Part shown: positions 25,706-35,462 of the stretch, piece by piece
Numbering within the stretch: position 1 is the first letter of the stretch
How the letters are laid out: each line of letters starts with the position of its first letter
Source of the DNA: a bacterium HR10
GTDB taxonomy: Bacteria > Acidobacteriota > Blastocatellia > HR10
Reading direction: 5' to 3'
Assembly (NCBI GenBank): GCA_002923315.1
Contig: BEHM01000003.1
Coordinates: 34,029 to 98,028, forward strand
DNA: 64,000 nucleotides
Program-made: the position numbers and the translations under genes
The notes under the pieces: model-generated
What the model was told of the DNA's origin: nothing
The model's input: only the letters and a program-made list of their open reading frames with translations
Databases searched by the model: none

Positions 25706-26749
25706 TCACAGAGGATGGAGTCCCAGAAGGGCCTCCAGCAATCGAATGGCATCGTGAGCGGTGATGATCCCGTCGCAATTCACATCCGCTCTTGGTGTGG
25801 GCGGCGCTTTTCCTTGAAGGATACGCAACACGAGCTGCAAGTCCTGCCGATCCAGACGCCCGTCTCCGTTCACGTCTCCAGAGTGTCCGCACGACGGTGA
25901 GCCGATGCGAAAGGGATCGCTCTCGGTCAGGGCGAAGCCCACGTCATTGAAGGCGAGGACCGCAATGCGCGCGGATTCGGTGGGAACGTCGGGGACGATC
26001 CAGAGAAAGCTCCGCGTCTCGGCCGGCAGTCCGCTCGCGATCGGGTCCGGGAGCGCGCCCGCGCGGGGGAAGAAGAGGAGGTCGAAGGAGGTCGCCTGGG
26101 ACGCGGTCCAGTGGATGACGATCGGCTGGCCGGGACGAAAAGTCTCCCCTCCGCGGGGGAAACGCACCATCGCCGTCGGATACGAGGGGGGGACGATCGT
26201 GGATTCCGCGGAATAGATCCAATCCCCCAGGCGCGTCCCATCTCCATCAGCGGCATTCCCGGTCGCATAAAAGGTGACGGGACCGACATCGTGCTCGGGC
26301 GCGCGCCAGGCGAAGATCCACTGCGCGCGATCCGGTTGTCCGGCGAACGTGCCGGCGCGCGTGTGTTGGACATACAGACGTCCCGTGGGCCCTGTGACGA
26401 TCTGCGTGTGGGCGGGGTCCGTGAGCACGAATTCCCCGGCTGGTTCGAGTGTGTTCGTCGCGAGCGCCGTCAGTTGAAAACCCCAACGGCGCTGTCCCGC
26501 GTGTTCGAGCCTCACGGTGACCGGCAGCGTCTGGCCCAATTCATACCGAGCGGGATGTTCGAGCTTCAACTCGCCCGGTCCGCGATCGGTCTCTTCCCCG
26601 AACGAATCATGACATTCCGTGCAGGCGCCCTCGCCCGGAGCCCGCGTGAATCCGGGAGGTGGGCCTGTCGAGAGCCCGAAGCCAACCAGCCCCACCGCCA
26701 TGAGGAAGCCGAGGGCGAAGAGGCAAACACCGTAGGCGCGCTTGCTCAT
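25706..26749 (-). CDS. Secreted protein: CxxCH + Reeler-like (choice-of-anchor V-like) domain, Ig-like domain, C-terminal dockerin-like repeat
   Basis: Hydrophobic leader; GPPPGFTRAPGEGACTECH; WGFQLTA..WRAP..GPVTFYATGNAADGDG; GDVNGDGRLD..ADVNCDGIIT. Start uncertain (26749/26818/26839). Confidence 0.7.
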   Translation of the reverse strand: MSKRAYGVCLFALGFLMAVGLVGFGLSTGPPPGFTRAPGEGACTECHDSFGEETDRGPGELKLEHPARYELGQTLPVTVRLEHAGQRRWGFQLTALATNTLEPAGEFVLTDPAHTQIVTGPTGRLYVQHTRAGTFAGQPDRAQWIFAWRAPEHDVGPVTFYATGNAADGDGTRLGDWIYSAESTIVPPSYPTAMVRFPRGGETFRPGQPIVIHWTASQATSFDLLFFPRAGALPDPIASGLPAETRSFLWIVPDVPTESARIAVLAFNDVGFALTESDPFRIGSPSCGHSGDVNGDGRLDRQDLQLVLRILQGKAPPTPRADVNCDGIITAHDAIRLLEALLGLHPL

Positions 26750-26801
26750 CCTTGCGCTCGGGGCCCGCGACAAATGGGGCCTCGGCTTCGCCAGCGGCCG
26801 T

Positions 26802-28109
26802 TCAGGCTCGGATGACATCAAGAAGCTCGAACGCGCCACCCAGGATCTCTCGCGAATCCACGAGGAACCACTGCTCCAGGATCGTCGCGTAGGTCGAGCG
26901 AAAGTCGATCGCGCGGGCGGAGAACTTCGGATCGCCCAACCCGGGATTCAAATCCTCCGCGCGCAGGCTCGGGTGCTCGCCCACGATCCCCCCCTTGACG
27001 CGCGTCCCGATGAGGAATTGTGGGCCCACGGTCCCGTGATCGGTACCTTGATTCCCGTTCTCAAAGACCTTGCGGCCGAATTCCGACCACGTCATCATGA
27101 GGACGCGATCATCGAGTCCGAGCCGCACCAGATCCGCGTAGAAGATGGCCACCGCCTCCGAGAGGCGTGAGAGCAAGGTGGCATGCGGCGTCGCTTGCGA
27201 TTGGTGCGTGTCGAACCCTCCGATGCTCACATAGAGAATGCGCGTGCCCAGATCCGCTGCCAGAATCTGCGCCACCTGTTGCAGCGCGCGCGCCAAGGGA
27301 TTCTGCTGGTTGTACGTGATGGCGGGATCAGACGTGTAGCGCCGGATGCCGGACTGCAGCATCTGGACGCTCTCGTACGTGTCGAGCGCGATGAGCCGAA
27401 TCTGCTCGCGAAGCACGTGCTCGGGAGCCGCCTCTCGATTCAGTGCCAGAAACGCCTGCATCTTGTTCTCGTGGTCGCCCGGCGGCTGCGTTCGGAATTG
27501 ATAGTTGGCCACGTTGCTGATGGCTGGCACAAGGACCTGCTCAGCGCGAAGTGTGAGCGGGAGCCGCCCTCCGGCGAGGGAGACAGCCAACAGGGGATTG
27601 TCCGCCGAGGAGAAGGCGATGTCCAAATAGTCCCCGAGCCACCCAGTCCGCTTCATTCCCTGCGGGTCGGCCGTGTGCCAGATGTCTTGCGAAGCGAAAT
27701 GCGAGCGATTCGGGTTCGGATATCCGACGGATTGAATCACCGCGACGTGCCCCTGAGCGTAGAGGTCCTTCAGAGGCGAGAGACTCGGATGAAATCCCAA
27801 GAGCGTTCCGGCCGCGTCCGTCCCAATAGGCAGGACGTTCTCTTCCGGGATGGCGAGCGTGGGACGATACTGGCGATACAGCGAGGCCGCCGAACCGGTG
27901 AGTGGGATCACCGTATTCAGCCCGTCATTGCCCCCGTCCATCTGGATGACGATGAGGATGCGGTCCACGGGGCTGAGCGCGGCCGCCTGTGTCAGGACGC
28001 TCTCGGAAGCGGCTCGGACCTGGCGCAGGAAGGCCTGCTGGCCGAGGCCCACGCTCAACAGCGTCAACCCGCTCTTTTTGATGAATTCCCGACGCGTTGT
28101 CTTGTTCAT
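26802..28109 (-). CDS. DUF1501 family protein with a Tat signal
   Basis: TTRREFIK; GGNDGLNT, PNRSHF, GGFDTH, SEFGR, GTDHG. Confidence 0.9.
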   Translation of the reverse strand: MNKTTRREFIKKSGLTLLSVGLGQQAFLRQVRAASESVLTQAAALSPVDRILIVIQMDGGNDGLNTVIPLTGSAASLYRQYRPTLAIPEENVLPIGTDAAGTLLGFHPSLSPLKDLYAQGHVAVIQSVGYPNPNRSHFASQDIWHTADPQGMKRTGWLGDYLDIAFSSADNPLLAVSLAGGRLPLTLRAEQVLVPAISNVANYQFRTQPPGDHENKMQAFLALNREAAPEHVLREQIRLIALDTYESVQMLQSGIRRYTSDPAITYNQQNPLARALQQVAQILAADLGTRILYVSIGGFDTHQSQATPHATLLSRLSEAVAIFYADLVRLGLDDRVLMMTWSEFGRKVFENGNQGTDHGTVGPQFLIGTRVKGGIVGEHPSLRAEDLNPGLGDPKFSARAIDFRSTYATILEQWFLVDSREILGGAFELLDVIRA

Positions 28110-28119
28110 CGAAGCCTCC

Positions 28120-29670
28120 TCAGCAGAGCTGAAAGTCCGGGGCTGCGAGCATGAGATGAATCAGCCCGCGAATCTTCGTGGTCACGAGGGCGCTCGGGCT
28201 CACGTTCGGGATCGGGGCCTGGAGATAGGCGATGAGCGCCTCGCGCGCTTCGGTCGAGGGCGGAGCCGGCCACAGCCACCGGGCGAGGATGTCCACGACC
28301 TCGCCATATCGGTTCTGCTGCATCGCCTCCTGCAGTCCCGCTTGCGCGATGAGCCGCGCCAGGTCTATCCCCCCTTGGGCGACCCCGAGCGAGAGCACAT
28401 CGTTGGCGAAGTTGAAGCGCGCCAGGACCGAGGTCGTAGTGATCCACGCCAGGCCCTCTCGCCAGCCGCTCACATCCGGGGGGGCGAAGAGCTGTTGCCC
28501 CATTTGAATCATCGCATTCTGAATCAGACGCATCGCCGTGGACGATCGCGAGAGCCCATCGGGGCGGCCAGTGGTGCGATCAAAAGTGAGCAGCCGCATG
28601 AGGCTCACCACATACTCGGTCGGGCTCTTGACGCGCGCGCGGAAGGCCCGCTCCGAATAGAACGCTTCCGAGACAATGTTGCCCGGAGTGAAGATCGTCC
28701 GCAGCATATTGCGGATGTTGAAGGGTTCCTCCCCATGGGCGCCATCGAAGACATCGGCCAAGGCGTTGATGATCTCCGGCTCCGGATCCTCATAGCCGAA
28801 GAATGTGAAGAGCCGATAGCCGAGGAACCGTCCGACGGCGCTCTGTTTCTGCCCGGGATTCCGATGGCGCACGATGTTGTCGAAGATGAAATCGGCGTTG
28901 GTGCCCCCGCGCTTGCCCAAGTGTTCGTAAGGGCCGAAATCATGCCGCTGGGCGTCGAAGGAGAAGACACGAGGGAAGGTGAACCCCACCGCACGAGGAA
29001 GGACACGCCATCCCGTCAGCGCACGAGAAGCCTGTCGGATGTCGCGCTCGGTGTAGTTGGGGACTCGCGCCACGACGTCTTCCACGCCCATCGAAAATAG
29101 CTCGTGAAGCTCGCGCGCATAGTTCTCATTACTCCCGACCTCGCTGTTCTTCTTCACGTTGAACTGGTTGTCGAGCCAATAGAGCATGGCCGGGTCTTTG
29201 CTCAGGTACTCCAACATGCGGCGGAAATTCCCCACGGGGAACGGGTTCCCCGGCGCCGGCCTCAGCAGTCGCCCCGTATCCGGGTCGAAATTGCCTCGGA
29301 AGTTCTCGTTCTGCAGGTAGATCTGCTGCCAGAACTCCAGACCTGTGATCGAGGTCGCAAATAGCCCATGCCAGAAGAGAACCATTTTCTCCTGCAGGGG
29401 TCTTGCCGTCGTCGCCATCGCGTGCAGCCACCAGCGCGTCAGCTTGGTCAAGAAATCCCCCCGCATGCGATTGAAGTCATCTTGAGAGAGATCCAAAGCC
29501 GCCAGCAGCTCCGGATCCGGGGGGACATCCGGGAACTTCTCGAAGTTCAGCAGGTCCTCAACAGTCGCCTGGAGACCCCGTGCCGTTGCAGTTTCCACCT
29601 CGTCAGGATGGGCTGTGAATCCGGCACGACGAAGCAAGTGTGCGATCTTGTCATACTCGTCCAAAGGCAT
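28120..29670 (-). CDS. DUF1800 family protein
   Basis: HLLRRAGF, LQEKMVLFWH, PAMLYWLDN, NENYARELHELF, PPDVSGW. Confidence 0.9.
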   Translation of the reverse strand: MPLDEYDKIAHLLRRAGFTAHPDEVETATARGLQATVEDLLNFEKFPDVPPDPELLAALDLSQDDFNRMRGDFLTKLTRWWLHAMATTARPLQEKMVLFWHGLFATSITGLEFWQQIYLQNENFRGNFDPDTGRLLRPAPGNPFPVGNFRRMLEYLSKDPAMLYWLDNQFNVKKNSEVGSNENYARELHELFSMGVEDVVARVPNYTERDIRQASRALTGWRVLPRAVGFTFPRVFSFDAQRHDFGPYEHLGKRGGTNADFIFDNIVRHRNPGQKQSAVGRFLGYRLFTFFGYEDPEPEIINALADVFDGAHGEEPFNIRNMLRTIFTPGNIVSEAFYSERAFRARVKSPTEYVVSLMRLLTFDRTTGRPDGLSRSSTAMRLIQNAMIQMGQQLFAPPDVSGWREGLAWITTTSVLARFNFANDVLSLGVAQGGIDLARLIAQAGLQEAMQQNRYGEVVDILARWLWPAPPSTEAREALIAYLQAPIPNVSPSALVTTKIRGLIHLMLAAPDFQLC

Positions 29671-29712
29671 AACGCCCTCCTCAGACCTGACCTCACCACA
29701 CTCGCCCAGAGA

Positions 29713-29737
29713 GACGAGAAACGAGTCGAAAAAGTTT
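29713..29737 (-). promoter_or_regulatory. Possible ECF-sigma promoter of the DUF1800 operon
   Basis: AAAC-N17-CGTC. Confidence 0.4.
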
Positions 29738-29753
29738 GAAAACTTTCTCGACT
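29724..29753 (-). terminator. 30-nt inverted repeat after HU (terminator or operator)
   Basis: AGTCGAGAAAGTTT-TC-AAACTTTTTCGACT on the minus strand (one G-U pair). Confidence 0.5.
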
Positions 29754-29773
29754 GCAGGTCCCAGGCGCCCGAG

Positions 29774-30121
29774 CTAGGCCGAGGACGGCGCTTCGGCCGA
29801 TTCCTCCCGACGCGGTTCGCCCGAGGCGCTCAAGATGGCCGTCTTCAACGTCTTCGCGATGCGGAACTTCAAGACAGCTCGGGCCGGGATCTCAATCGGC
29901 TCTCCCGTCTTCGGGTGCCGTCCTGTGCGCGCCTTCCGCTGCGAGAGGATGAGCTTCCCAATCCCCGGGAGAGAGAAGATCCCCGTCGTCTTCACCTGCT
30001 CGGCCGCCAGCGTCTCAAGCTCTTCCAAGATCCGGCGAGCCGTCGCCTTGCGCAGCTCGAACTTTTGCGCCAAATGCTCGGCCAGTTCCATCTTCGTCAG
30101 TCCTCTGCCCTTCCCCTTCAT
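29774..30121 (-). CDS. hup: HU/IHF family DNA-binding protein
   Basis: LTKMEL..LPGIGKL..RKARTGRHPKTGEPIEIPA..KFR; SD AAGGAGG. Confidence 0.92.
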   Translation of the reverse strand: MKGKGRGLTKMELAEHLAQKFELRKATARRILEELETLAAEQVKTTGIFSLPGIGKLILSQRKARTGRHPKTGEPIEIPARAVLKFRIAKTLKTAILSASGEPRREESAEAPSSA

Positions 30122-30333
30122 AATCGCCTCCTTGGGGGCTTCTGCATTCTGTCCGATACGCTGCAGAAGCCCCATGGCATCGCCGACTTTCGACCACGCG
30201 GATTATATATCAAGGAGGCGAAAAATCCCCAAGGTTTTTCCAGGTGAGCCGAGGGCCTTCGCTCCACCCAGACCAGGCGGAGACGACCGCCTCAACCCCG
30301 TTCCAGGTGCGTCGGGAGGCCACTCTCGACCTG

Positions 30334-30741
30334 TTATTCTCCTTCGGCGCGCTCGGGGATGGGACGGATGGCCCACCGCTCAGCTTCTGAGGCCCGTCGG
30401 TGACGTTGACGCCCATTGCTCCGATACGGGGGATCGCCAGTCTCCGACTCCGGGCTCGCAGACCCCGTGCTGTGGATCGGAGCCTTCTCGACTTTGGCCT
30501 CAGATGGTTTGCCGCCTTGAAGGCCTTCGATCCCGAATCTGTTGAATTGCCGGATCCACATCCGAACGCGGCTCTCGTGCCGCCCGATCCGCCGCGCGAT
30601 ATCCGGTGCCGAAAGTCCATCGGCCGAAAGCAGCACGATCCGGGCTCGGAGGTAATGGTCTCGCGATGGGGGGTTCTTGATCCACTCCTCTAATATCTTC
30701 CGCTCCTCAGGAAGCGGTTGCCGGGCGAAAGTCGGTGTCAT
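30334..30741 (-). CDS. Stand-alone IS630-type helix-turn-helix protein (no DDE domain)
   Basis: RARIVLLSADG..DIARRIG..VRMWIRQFNRFGIEGL followed by a low-complexity tail; SD GAGGAGG. Confidence 0.7.
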   Translation of the reverse strand: MTPTFARQPLPEERKILEEWIKNPPSRDHYLRARIVLLSADGLSAPDIARRIGRHESRVRMWIRQFNRFGIEGLQGGKPSEAKVEKAPIHSTGSASPESETGDPPYRSNGRQRHRRASEAERWAIRPIPERAEGE

Positions 30742-30798
30742 TGCTTGACCTCCTCGATTATTTAGTCTCGTTTAGTTCACGATCAAGTACAAGGGCAT

Positions 30799-30826
30799 AG
30801 TATACGATTATTGATCAGAAAGTCAA
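30799..30826 (-). promoter_or_regulatory. sigma70 promoter of the HTH gene
   Basis: TTGACT-N16-TATACT in an AT-rich patch. Confidence 0.65.
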
Positions 30827-30962
30827 GTCTCAAATTTTACGTAGCCGTCAGATTATCTATGTGAATTGAAGGGGGAGGTACGACTCCGGGCCAGACCGGG
30901 AGGATATTCGGAAGGCAAGGGAGCGCGCGGTCATGTGCTCCCTGCTGGGAAGGGGTTGTCGG

Positions 30963-30991
30963 TTGACTTTCGGCCAGTTTTTCTGTAGGCT
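30963..30991 (+). promoter_or_regulatory. sigma70 promoter of csp, followed by a ~110-nt structured 5' UTR
   Basis: TTGACT-N17-TAGGCT; UTR stem CCGTTGCTTC/GGAGCAATGG. Confidence 0.65.
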
Positions 30992-31106
30992 CTTGGCCGT
31001 TGCTTCGGAGGGGCTCTGGAAACCCCTGTGGGGTTCCACCTCATGGTGGGAGTTGGAGAGCCGCGGGAGCAATGGAAAATTTTGGGAAAGGAGTGAGAGG
31101 CAAGCG

Positions 31107-31313
31107 ATGCGAGAAACAGGGCGCGTCAAATGGTTCAACAATAAGAAAGGGTATGGGTTCATCGAGCGTCAGGAAGGTGGCGATGTCTTCGTCCACTACA
31201 CGGCGATCAAAGCCGAGGGGTTTCGATCCCTTGAGGAGGGAGAGATCGTGACCTTTGACGTCGTACGCGGGCCGAAGGGCTTGCAGGCTGAGAATGTAGA
31301 GCGGTTGAGGTAA
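31107..31313 (+). CDS. cspA: Cold-shock protein
   Basis: [31 protein letters not shown]. Confidence 0.96.
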   Translation: MRETGRVKWFNNKKGYGFIERQEGGDVFVHYTAIKAEGFRSLEEGEIVTFDVVRGPKGLQAENVERLR

Positions 31314-31332
31314 GGCTCTGCATCTTTCTTCG

Positions 31333-31363
31333 GCCCTGGGCCGATTTGGCTCAGGGCTTTTTT
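31333..31363 (+). terminator. Intrinsic terminator
   Basis: GCCCTGGGCC-GATTT-GGCTCAGGGC followed by TTTTTT. Confidence 0.85.
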
Positions 31364-31498
31364 GTTAAATGGGGGGCCGCGCCCCGTTCATAGCTCTGAG
31401 CCATTGGTCAGGTTAAAGACCGTGAGCGGTGGGCTTCAGGTTTTTCCCTGGTCTCGCCTATAATCTCCCCTCTTAAACCGCATGATGGGGAGGTGCTG

Positions 31499-34192
31499 AT
31501 GGTGAGTCGCTTACCGGAAGGCATGGTTTTTGTGGCTGAATCGGCGGGGATCGAGGAGTACCGCATGTCAAACGGGATGAAGGTCTTGCTCTCGGAGCAG
31601 CGGGCGGCGCCTGTGGTCGCCTTCATGGTCCTTTACCATGTGGGATCGCGGAATGAGGCGGTCGGATACACGGGGGCGACGCATCTTCTGGAGCACATGC
31701 TCTTCAAAGGGACGCCGACGTTCAATGCGCGACGGGGGACAGCGATTGCGACCGTATTGCATCGGATCGGGGCTGCCTTCAATGCGACGACCTGGTTTGA
31801 TCGGACGAACTATTATGAGGCCGTTCCCCGCGAGCACCTGGAACTGGTCATGCAGCTGGAAGCTGATCGCATGCGCAATGCCCTCATTCTGGACGAGGAT
31901 CGGGAGCAGGAGCGCATTGTCGTGCGGAACGAGCTGGAACGGGGGGAGAACGATCCGCTCAATGTCCTGGAGATTCACACATGGGCGACGGCCTTTCGCG
32001 AGCATCCGTATCATCATCCGACGATCGGGTGGCGGAGCGATGTCGAGAATGTCCCGACGGAGCGGCTTCGGGAGTTCTACCACACCTTCTATTGGCCGAA
32101 CAATGCGACGGCGATCGTGGTGGGGGATTTTGACCGGGAACAGGTGTTTCGTTGGCTCGATCAATACTTCGGAGCGATTCCGTCTTCGCCACATCCGATC
32201 CCGGAAGTGTACACGGTGGAGCCGCCGCAGGAAGGTGAGCGCCGGTTCATCATCCGGCGGGCGGGGGAAGTGGGCGCACTGATGCTCGGCTATCATACGC
32301 CGGAGGCGAGACACCCGGACATCTATCCGCTGGCCGTGCTCGCGCGGCTTCTGGCCGGAGGGGTGACGACGCGTCTCTATCAACGGCTTGTGGATGGAGA
32401 GCTGGCCATCAGTGTGCGGGCGTGGGCCTCGCATCTTCGGGACCCGGGACTTTTTGAGATCACGGCCCTATTGCGGCCGGGGGTCGAGCATGCTCGGGTC
32501 GAGCGAGCGATTCGTGAAGAGATCGCGCGGCTGCAGGATGAGGGGGTGAGCGAGGCGGAACTGGAGCGCGCCAAGAATAAGATCGAGGCCGATACCTTTT
32601 ACGCGCGTGATGGAGCCTTGCATTTCGCCTTCGCCCTGGGAGAGGCCGAGGCGAGCGCCGATTGGCGCTGGTTCGTGGAGTATGTCCCGAACGTGCGGCG
32701 GGTCTCGGTGGAGGACGTGCAGCGTGTCGCTCGAACCTATCTTCATGAGGACAATCTCACGGTCGGGTGGTTCGTCCCGAAGGATACGGGGAGGAACGTG
32801 GGGGGGATGTCGAAGGGTGACGTCGCCTCGCTGCCTCGTCCCGCGTTCTTCTCGATGCCGTCGGGGGCAACGGGCCAGGATCCGGCGCATCCTCAATATG
32901 GACGACCCTTTGCCGAACGCACGGTCCGCTTCTTCCTTCCCAATGGGGTTCGCGCGTTGATCCTGGAGAATCACGCGAATCCGACGGTGGAGGTCCGCGC
33001 GGCGCTCTTCGCGGGTCGGGCCTTCGAGCCAGCGGAGCGGCCAGAAGTGGCCGCCGCGACGGCCTCCATGCTGATGCGCGGGACGGAGCGGCGAAGCAAG
33101 CTGGAGATCGCCGCATGGCTTGAGGATGTCGGGGCCGAGATGCAGATCGGCGCGAATCGGTTCCTGGTCACGGCGAGCGCGACCTCGCTCGGTCACGATG
33201 TCGGGCGCTTGCTGGAGACGTTGGCCGAGGTGCTGCGAGAGCCGGCCTTTCCCGAGGAGGAGCTGTCCAAGCTCACGCTGCAGACGATCGGTCAGATTCG
33301 GCGGAGCCAGGAGAGTACGAGCGTGCGCGCGTTCGAGCGCTTCTCGCAGCTCATCTATGAGCGATCGAGCCCGTTTTATGAGCGCCCGGCTTCTGAGCGC
33401 ATAGCGAGCCTGGAGACGATGACGGTCGAGGAGGTGCGCCGTTTCTACCGCGCGCATTATGGCCCGCGCCATCTGGTGCTGGTGGTCGTCGGGGACGTCA
33501 GGGCCGAGGAGATCGGACGGCAGATCGAGCGGGAGTTCGGGGATTGGCGGGCCGAGGCGACGACGAGCGAGGACCCGCGCGCCCTGTGGGCGCGGATGCC
33601 GCGCGCGCCTTTGCCTGAGGCGTCGCGTCGCGAGGTCGTCTACATGCCAGATAAGGCGAATGTGGACATCGTCCTCGGGCATGCTGGGCGACTGCGGCGC
33701 ACGGATCCGGACTATTTCGCGGCGATCATTGCCAATGCGGCGCTCGGATATTCCACCCTTTCCTCCCGCTTGGGCGTGCGGGTGCGGGATCAGGAGGGGC
33801 TCACCTATGGTATCGTCTCGCGCTTTTGTGAACCGAGCTTCCTGGACGGACCGTGGGCGGTGAGTGTGACGGTCAATCCGAAGAACGTGGAGCGCGCTGT
33901 GGCGTCCACACTGGACGTGCTCACCCGCTATGTGGCCGAGGGGATCACACGGCAGGAACTGGAGGATGAGAAGTCGGCCTTCGTGGGATCGTTTCTGGTC
34001 GGGCTGGGGACCAACGCCGGGATTGCCGCGCAGCTGCTTCTGGCCGAGATCTTCGGGTTCGGGCCATCTTATCTCGATCGTCTCCCAGACGACGTCCGCG
34101 CGCTCACGCAAGACGAGGTGAATGCGGCGATTCGCACCTACTTTCATCCGGAGCGGCTCATCACGGTGATCGCCGGGGAATATCAGGCGTGA
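31499..34192 (+). CDS. M16 (pitrilysin/PqqL-like) zinc peptidase, fused two-half type
   Basis: HLLEHMLFKGT, NATTWFDRTNY, ERIVVRNE; second half lacks HxxEH. Confidence 0.93.
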   Translation: MVSRLPEGMVFVAESAGIEEYRMSNGMKVLLSEQRAAPVVAFMVLYHVGSRNEAVGYTGATHLLEHMLFKGTPTFNARRGTAIATVLHRIGAAFNATTWFDRTNYYEAVPREHLELVMQLEADRMRNALILDEDREQERIVVRNELERGENDPLNVLEIHTWATAFREHPYHHPTIGWRSDVENVPTERLREFYHTFYWPNNATAIVVGDFDREQVFRWLDQYFGAIPSSPHPIPEVYTVEPPQEGERRFIIRRAGEVGALMLGYHTPEARHPDIYPLAVLARLLAGGVTTRLYQRLVDGELAISVRAWASHLRDPGLFEITALLRPGVEHARVERAIREEIARLQDEGVSEAELERAKNKIEADTFYARDGALHFAFALGEAEASADWRWFVEYVPNVRRVSVEDVQRVARTYLHEDNLTVGWFVPKDTGRNVGGMSKGDVASLPRPAFFSMPSGATGQDPAHPQYGRPFAERTVRFFLPNGVRALILENHANPTVEVRAALFAGRAFEPAERPEVAAATASMLMRGTERRSKLEIAAWLEDVGAEMQIGANRFLVTASATSLGHDVGRLLETLAEVLREPAFPEEELSKLTLQTIGQIRRSQESTSVRAFERFSQLIYERSSPFYERPASERIASLETMTVEEVRRFYRAHYGPRHLVLVVVGDVRAEEIGRQIEREFGDWRAEATTSEDPRALWARMPRAPLPEASRREVVYMPDKANVDIVLGHAGRLRRTDPDYFAAIIANAALGYSTLSSRLGVRVRDQEGLTYGIVSRFCEPSFLDGPWAVSVTVNPKNVERAVASTLDVLTRYVAEGITRQELEDEKSAFVGSFLVGLGTNAGIAAQLLLAEIFGFGPSYLDRLPDDVRALTQDEVNAAIRTYFHPERLITVIAGEYQA

Positions 34193-34200
34193 GGGGGTTC

Positions 34201-34220
34201 CCCCTTCTTGAGGGAAGGGG
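34201..34220 (+). terminator. Hairpin after the M16 gene
   Basis: CCCCTTC/GAAGGGG; no U-tract. Confidence 0.4.
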
Positions 34221-34258
34221 CGTAACCGGGACCTCTTGGCCCAACGTACTACGGTTTG

Positions 34259-34284
34259 GGAACCAAGATGGCACAAGCCGGGTT
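34259..34284 (+). promoter_or_regulatory. ECF-type (likely autoregulatory, leaderless) promoter
   Basis: GGAAC-N18-GTT 9 nt before GTG 34294; a second GTAACC-N17-CGTACT at 34222-34250. Confidence 0.5.
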
Positions 34285-34293
34285 GTATAGAGC

Positions 34294-34971
34294 GTGGTGG
34301 CGGAGACGCGCAATTCGGCGAGCGAGCTTGTGCCCGACGACGAGGAGTTGGTCGAGCGGAGTCTGGCGGGCGATGCGGAGGCGTTCGAAGTGCTGGTCAA
34401 GCGCTACGGTCGGGCTGTCTACAATGTGGCCGGGCGGTTCTTCCGCCAGCCGGAGGTGCGGGAGGACATCACGCAGGAGACCTTCCTGAAGGCCTATCAG
34501 GCGCTGCACACGTATCGGCGGGGAGCCTCCTTCGAACGGTGGCTGATGAAAATTGCGGTGAATGCGTGCTATGATGAACTCCGGCGGATGAAGCGGCGGC
34601 GGGAGTTCAGCCTGGCGGATCTGGCCGAGGACGAGCGGACGTGGTTGGAAGAGGCATTGGCGAAACCGGCGTTCGAACTGTTCGAGCAGCAGCAGCAGAG
34701 CGAGGACGCGGCGGCCGTGGCCGAGAAGCTGTTGGCCACGCTCTCGCCCGAGGACCGTTTGGTTATGTTGCTGTATGAGCGCGATGGGCTCTCGACGGCC
34801 GAGATCGGCGACCTGATGGGCTGGTCCCGATCGAAGGTGAAGATCCGGCTGTTCCGAGCGCGTCGCGCATTGGATAAACGGTTGCGCCGCCTGTTGCGGG
34901 CGGCGCGGCCCACGTCGGCGGCGAAGGTGCGGGTTGAGGAGCCGCCGTCCCGAAGGGCTGAGGGAAAATGA
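34294..34971 (+). CDS. ECF sigma factor
   Basis: GDAEAFEVLV, EDITQETFLKAY, FERWLMKIAVN, region 4 EIGDLMG..VKIRLFRAR. Confidence 0.93.
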   Translation: MVAETRNSASELVPDDEELVERSLAGDAEAFEVLVKRYGRAVYNVAGRFFRQPEVREDITQETFLKAYQALHTYRRGASFERWLMKIAVNACYDELRRMKRRREFSLADLAEDERTWLEEALAKPAFELFEQQQQSEDAAAVAEKLLATLSPEDRLVMLLYERDGLSTAEIGDLMGWSRSKVKIRLFRARRALDKRLRRLLRAARPTSAAKVRVEEPPSRRAEGK

Positions 34972-35462
34972 CCTGCCGGGATGTGCGACGGCATCTGATG
35001 GCGTGGGCTCGGACGGGAGTCGGGGATCGCGCTGAGCGCGAGGCGATCTGGGCGCATCTCCGGCAGTGTCCGAGCTGCGAAGAGCGAGCGCGCTTGTGGG
35101 CGCTCAAGCACGTGCTGTTGCAGGCGACCCGAGCGGACGCGGCTGATCCGGCTCCCTCCCTCTACGCGCGTGTGAGCGCGCAACTGCGGCAGCAGCGCGC
35201 TCGCGCGGTCTTCTCTTTCTGGGAAGCCGTGCGAGCGTTCTCGGCGAGCGTCGCCCTGGTGGCGATGATCGTCCTCATCCTCCTGGTCGGCGTGAACATT
35301 TACGTTCATCAGCAGATTCCGAGCGGGCGCCGGGATTTCATCTCGGCACTGATGGAGCGGAACTTCTCCGAAGCCGAACGCTTGGTCTTCGCCGGGGAGG
35401 AGGAGCTGAATCCGGATAGCGTTTTGAGCGCTCTGGTGGCCGAGTCGCGGGAGTCGAGATGA
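34968..35462 (+). CDS. Zinc-binding anti-sigma factor (zf-HC2) with a TM helix
   Basis: MTC..HLRQCPSC, single TM helix; coupled to the sigma gene. Confidence 0.85.
   Translation: MTCRDVRRHLMAWARTGVGDRAEREAIWAHLRQCPSCEERARLWALKHVLLQATRADAADPAPSLYARVSAQLRQQRARAVFSFWEAVRAFSASVALVAMIVLILLVGVNIYVHQQIPSGRRDFISALMERNFSEAERLVFAGEEELNPDSVLSALVAESRESR

Noticed and set aside
30334-30741. Active IS630 element
   Set aside because: No DDE domain, terminal repeats or target duplication found.
34269-34288. TGGCAC upstream of the ECF sigma as a sigma54 promoter
   Set aside because: No GC at the required GG-N10-GC position.
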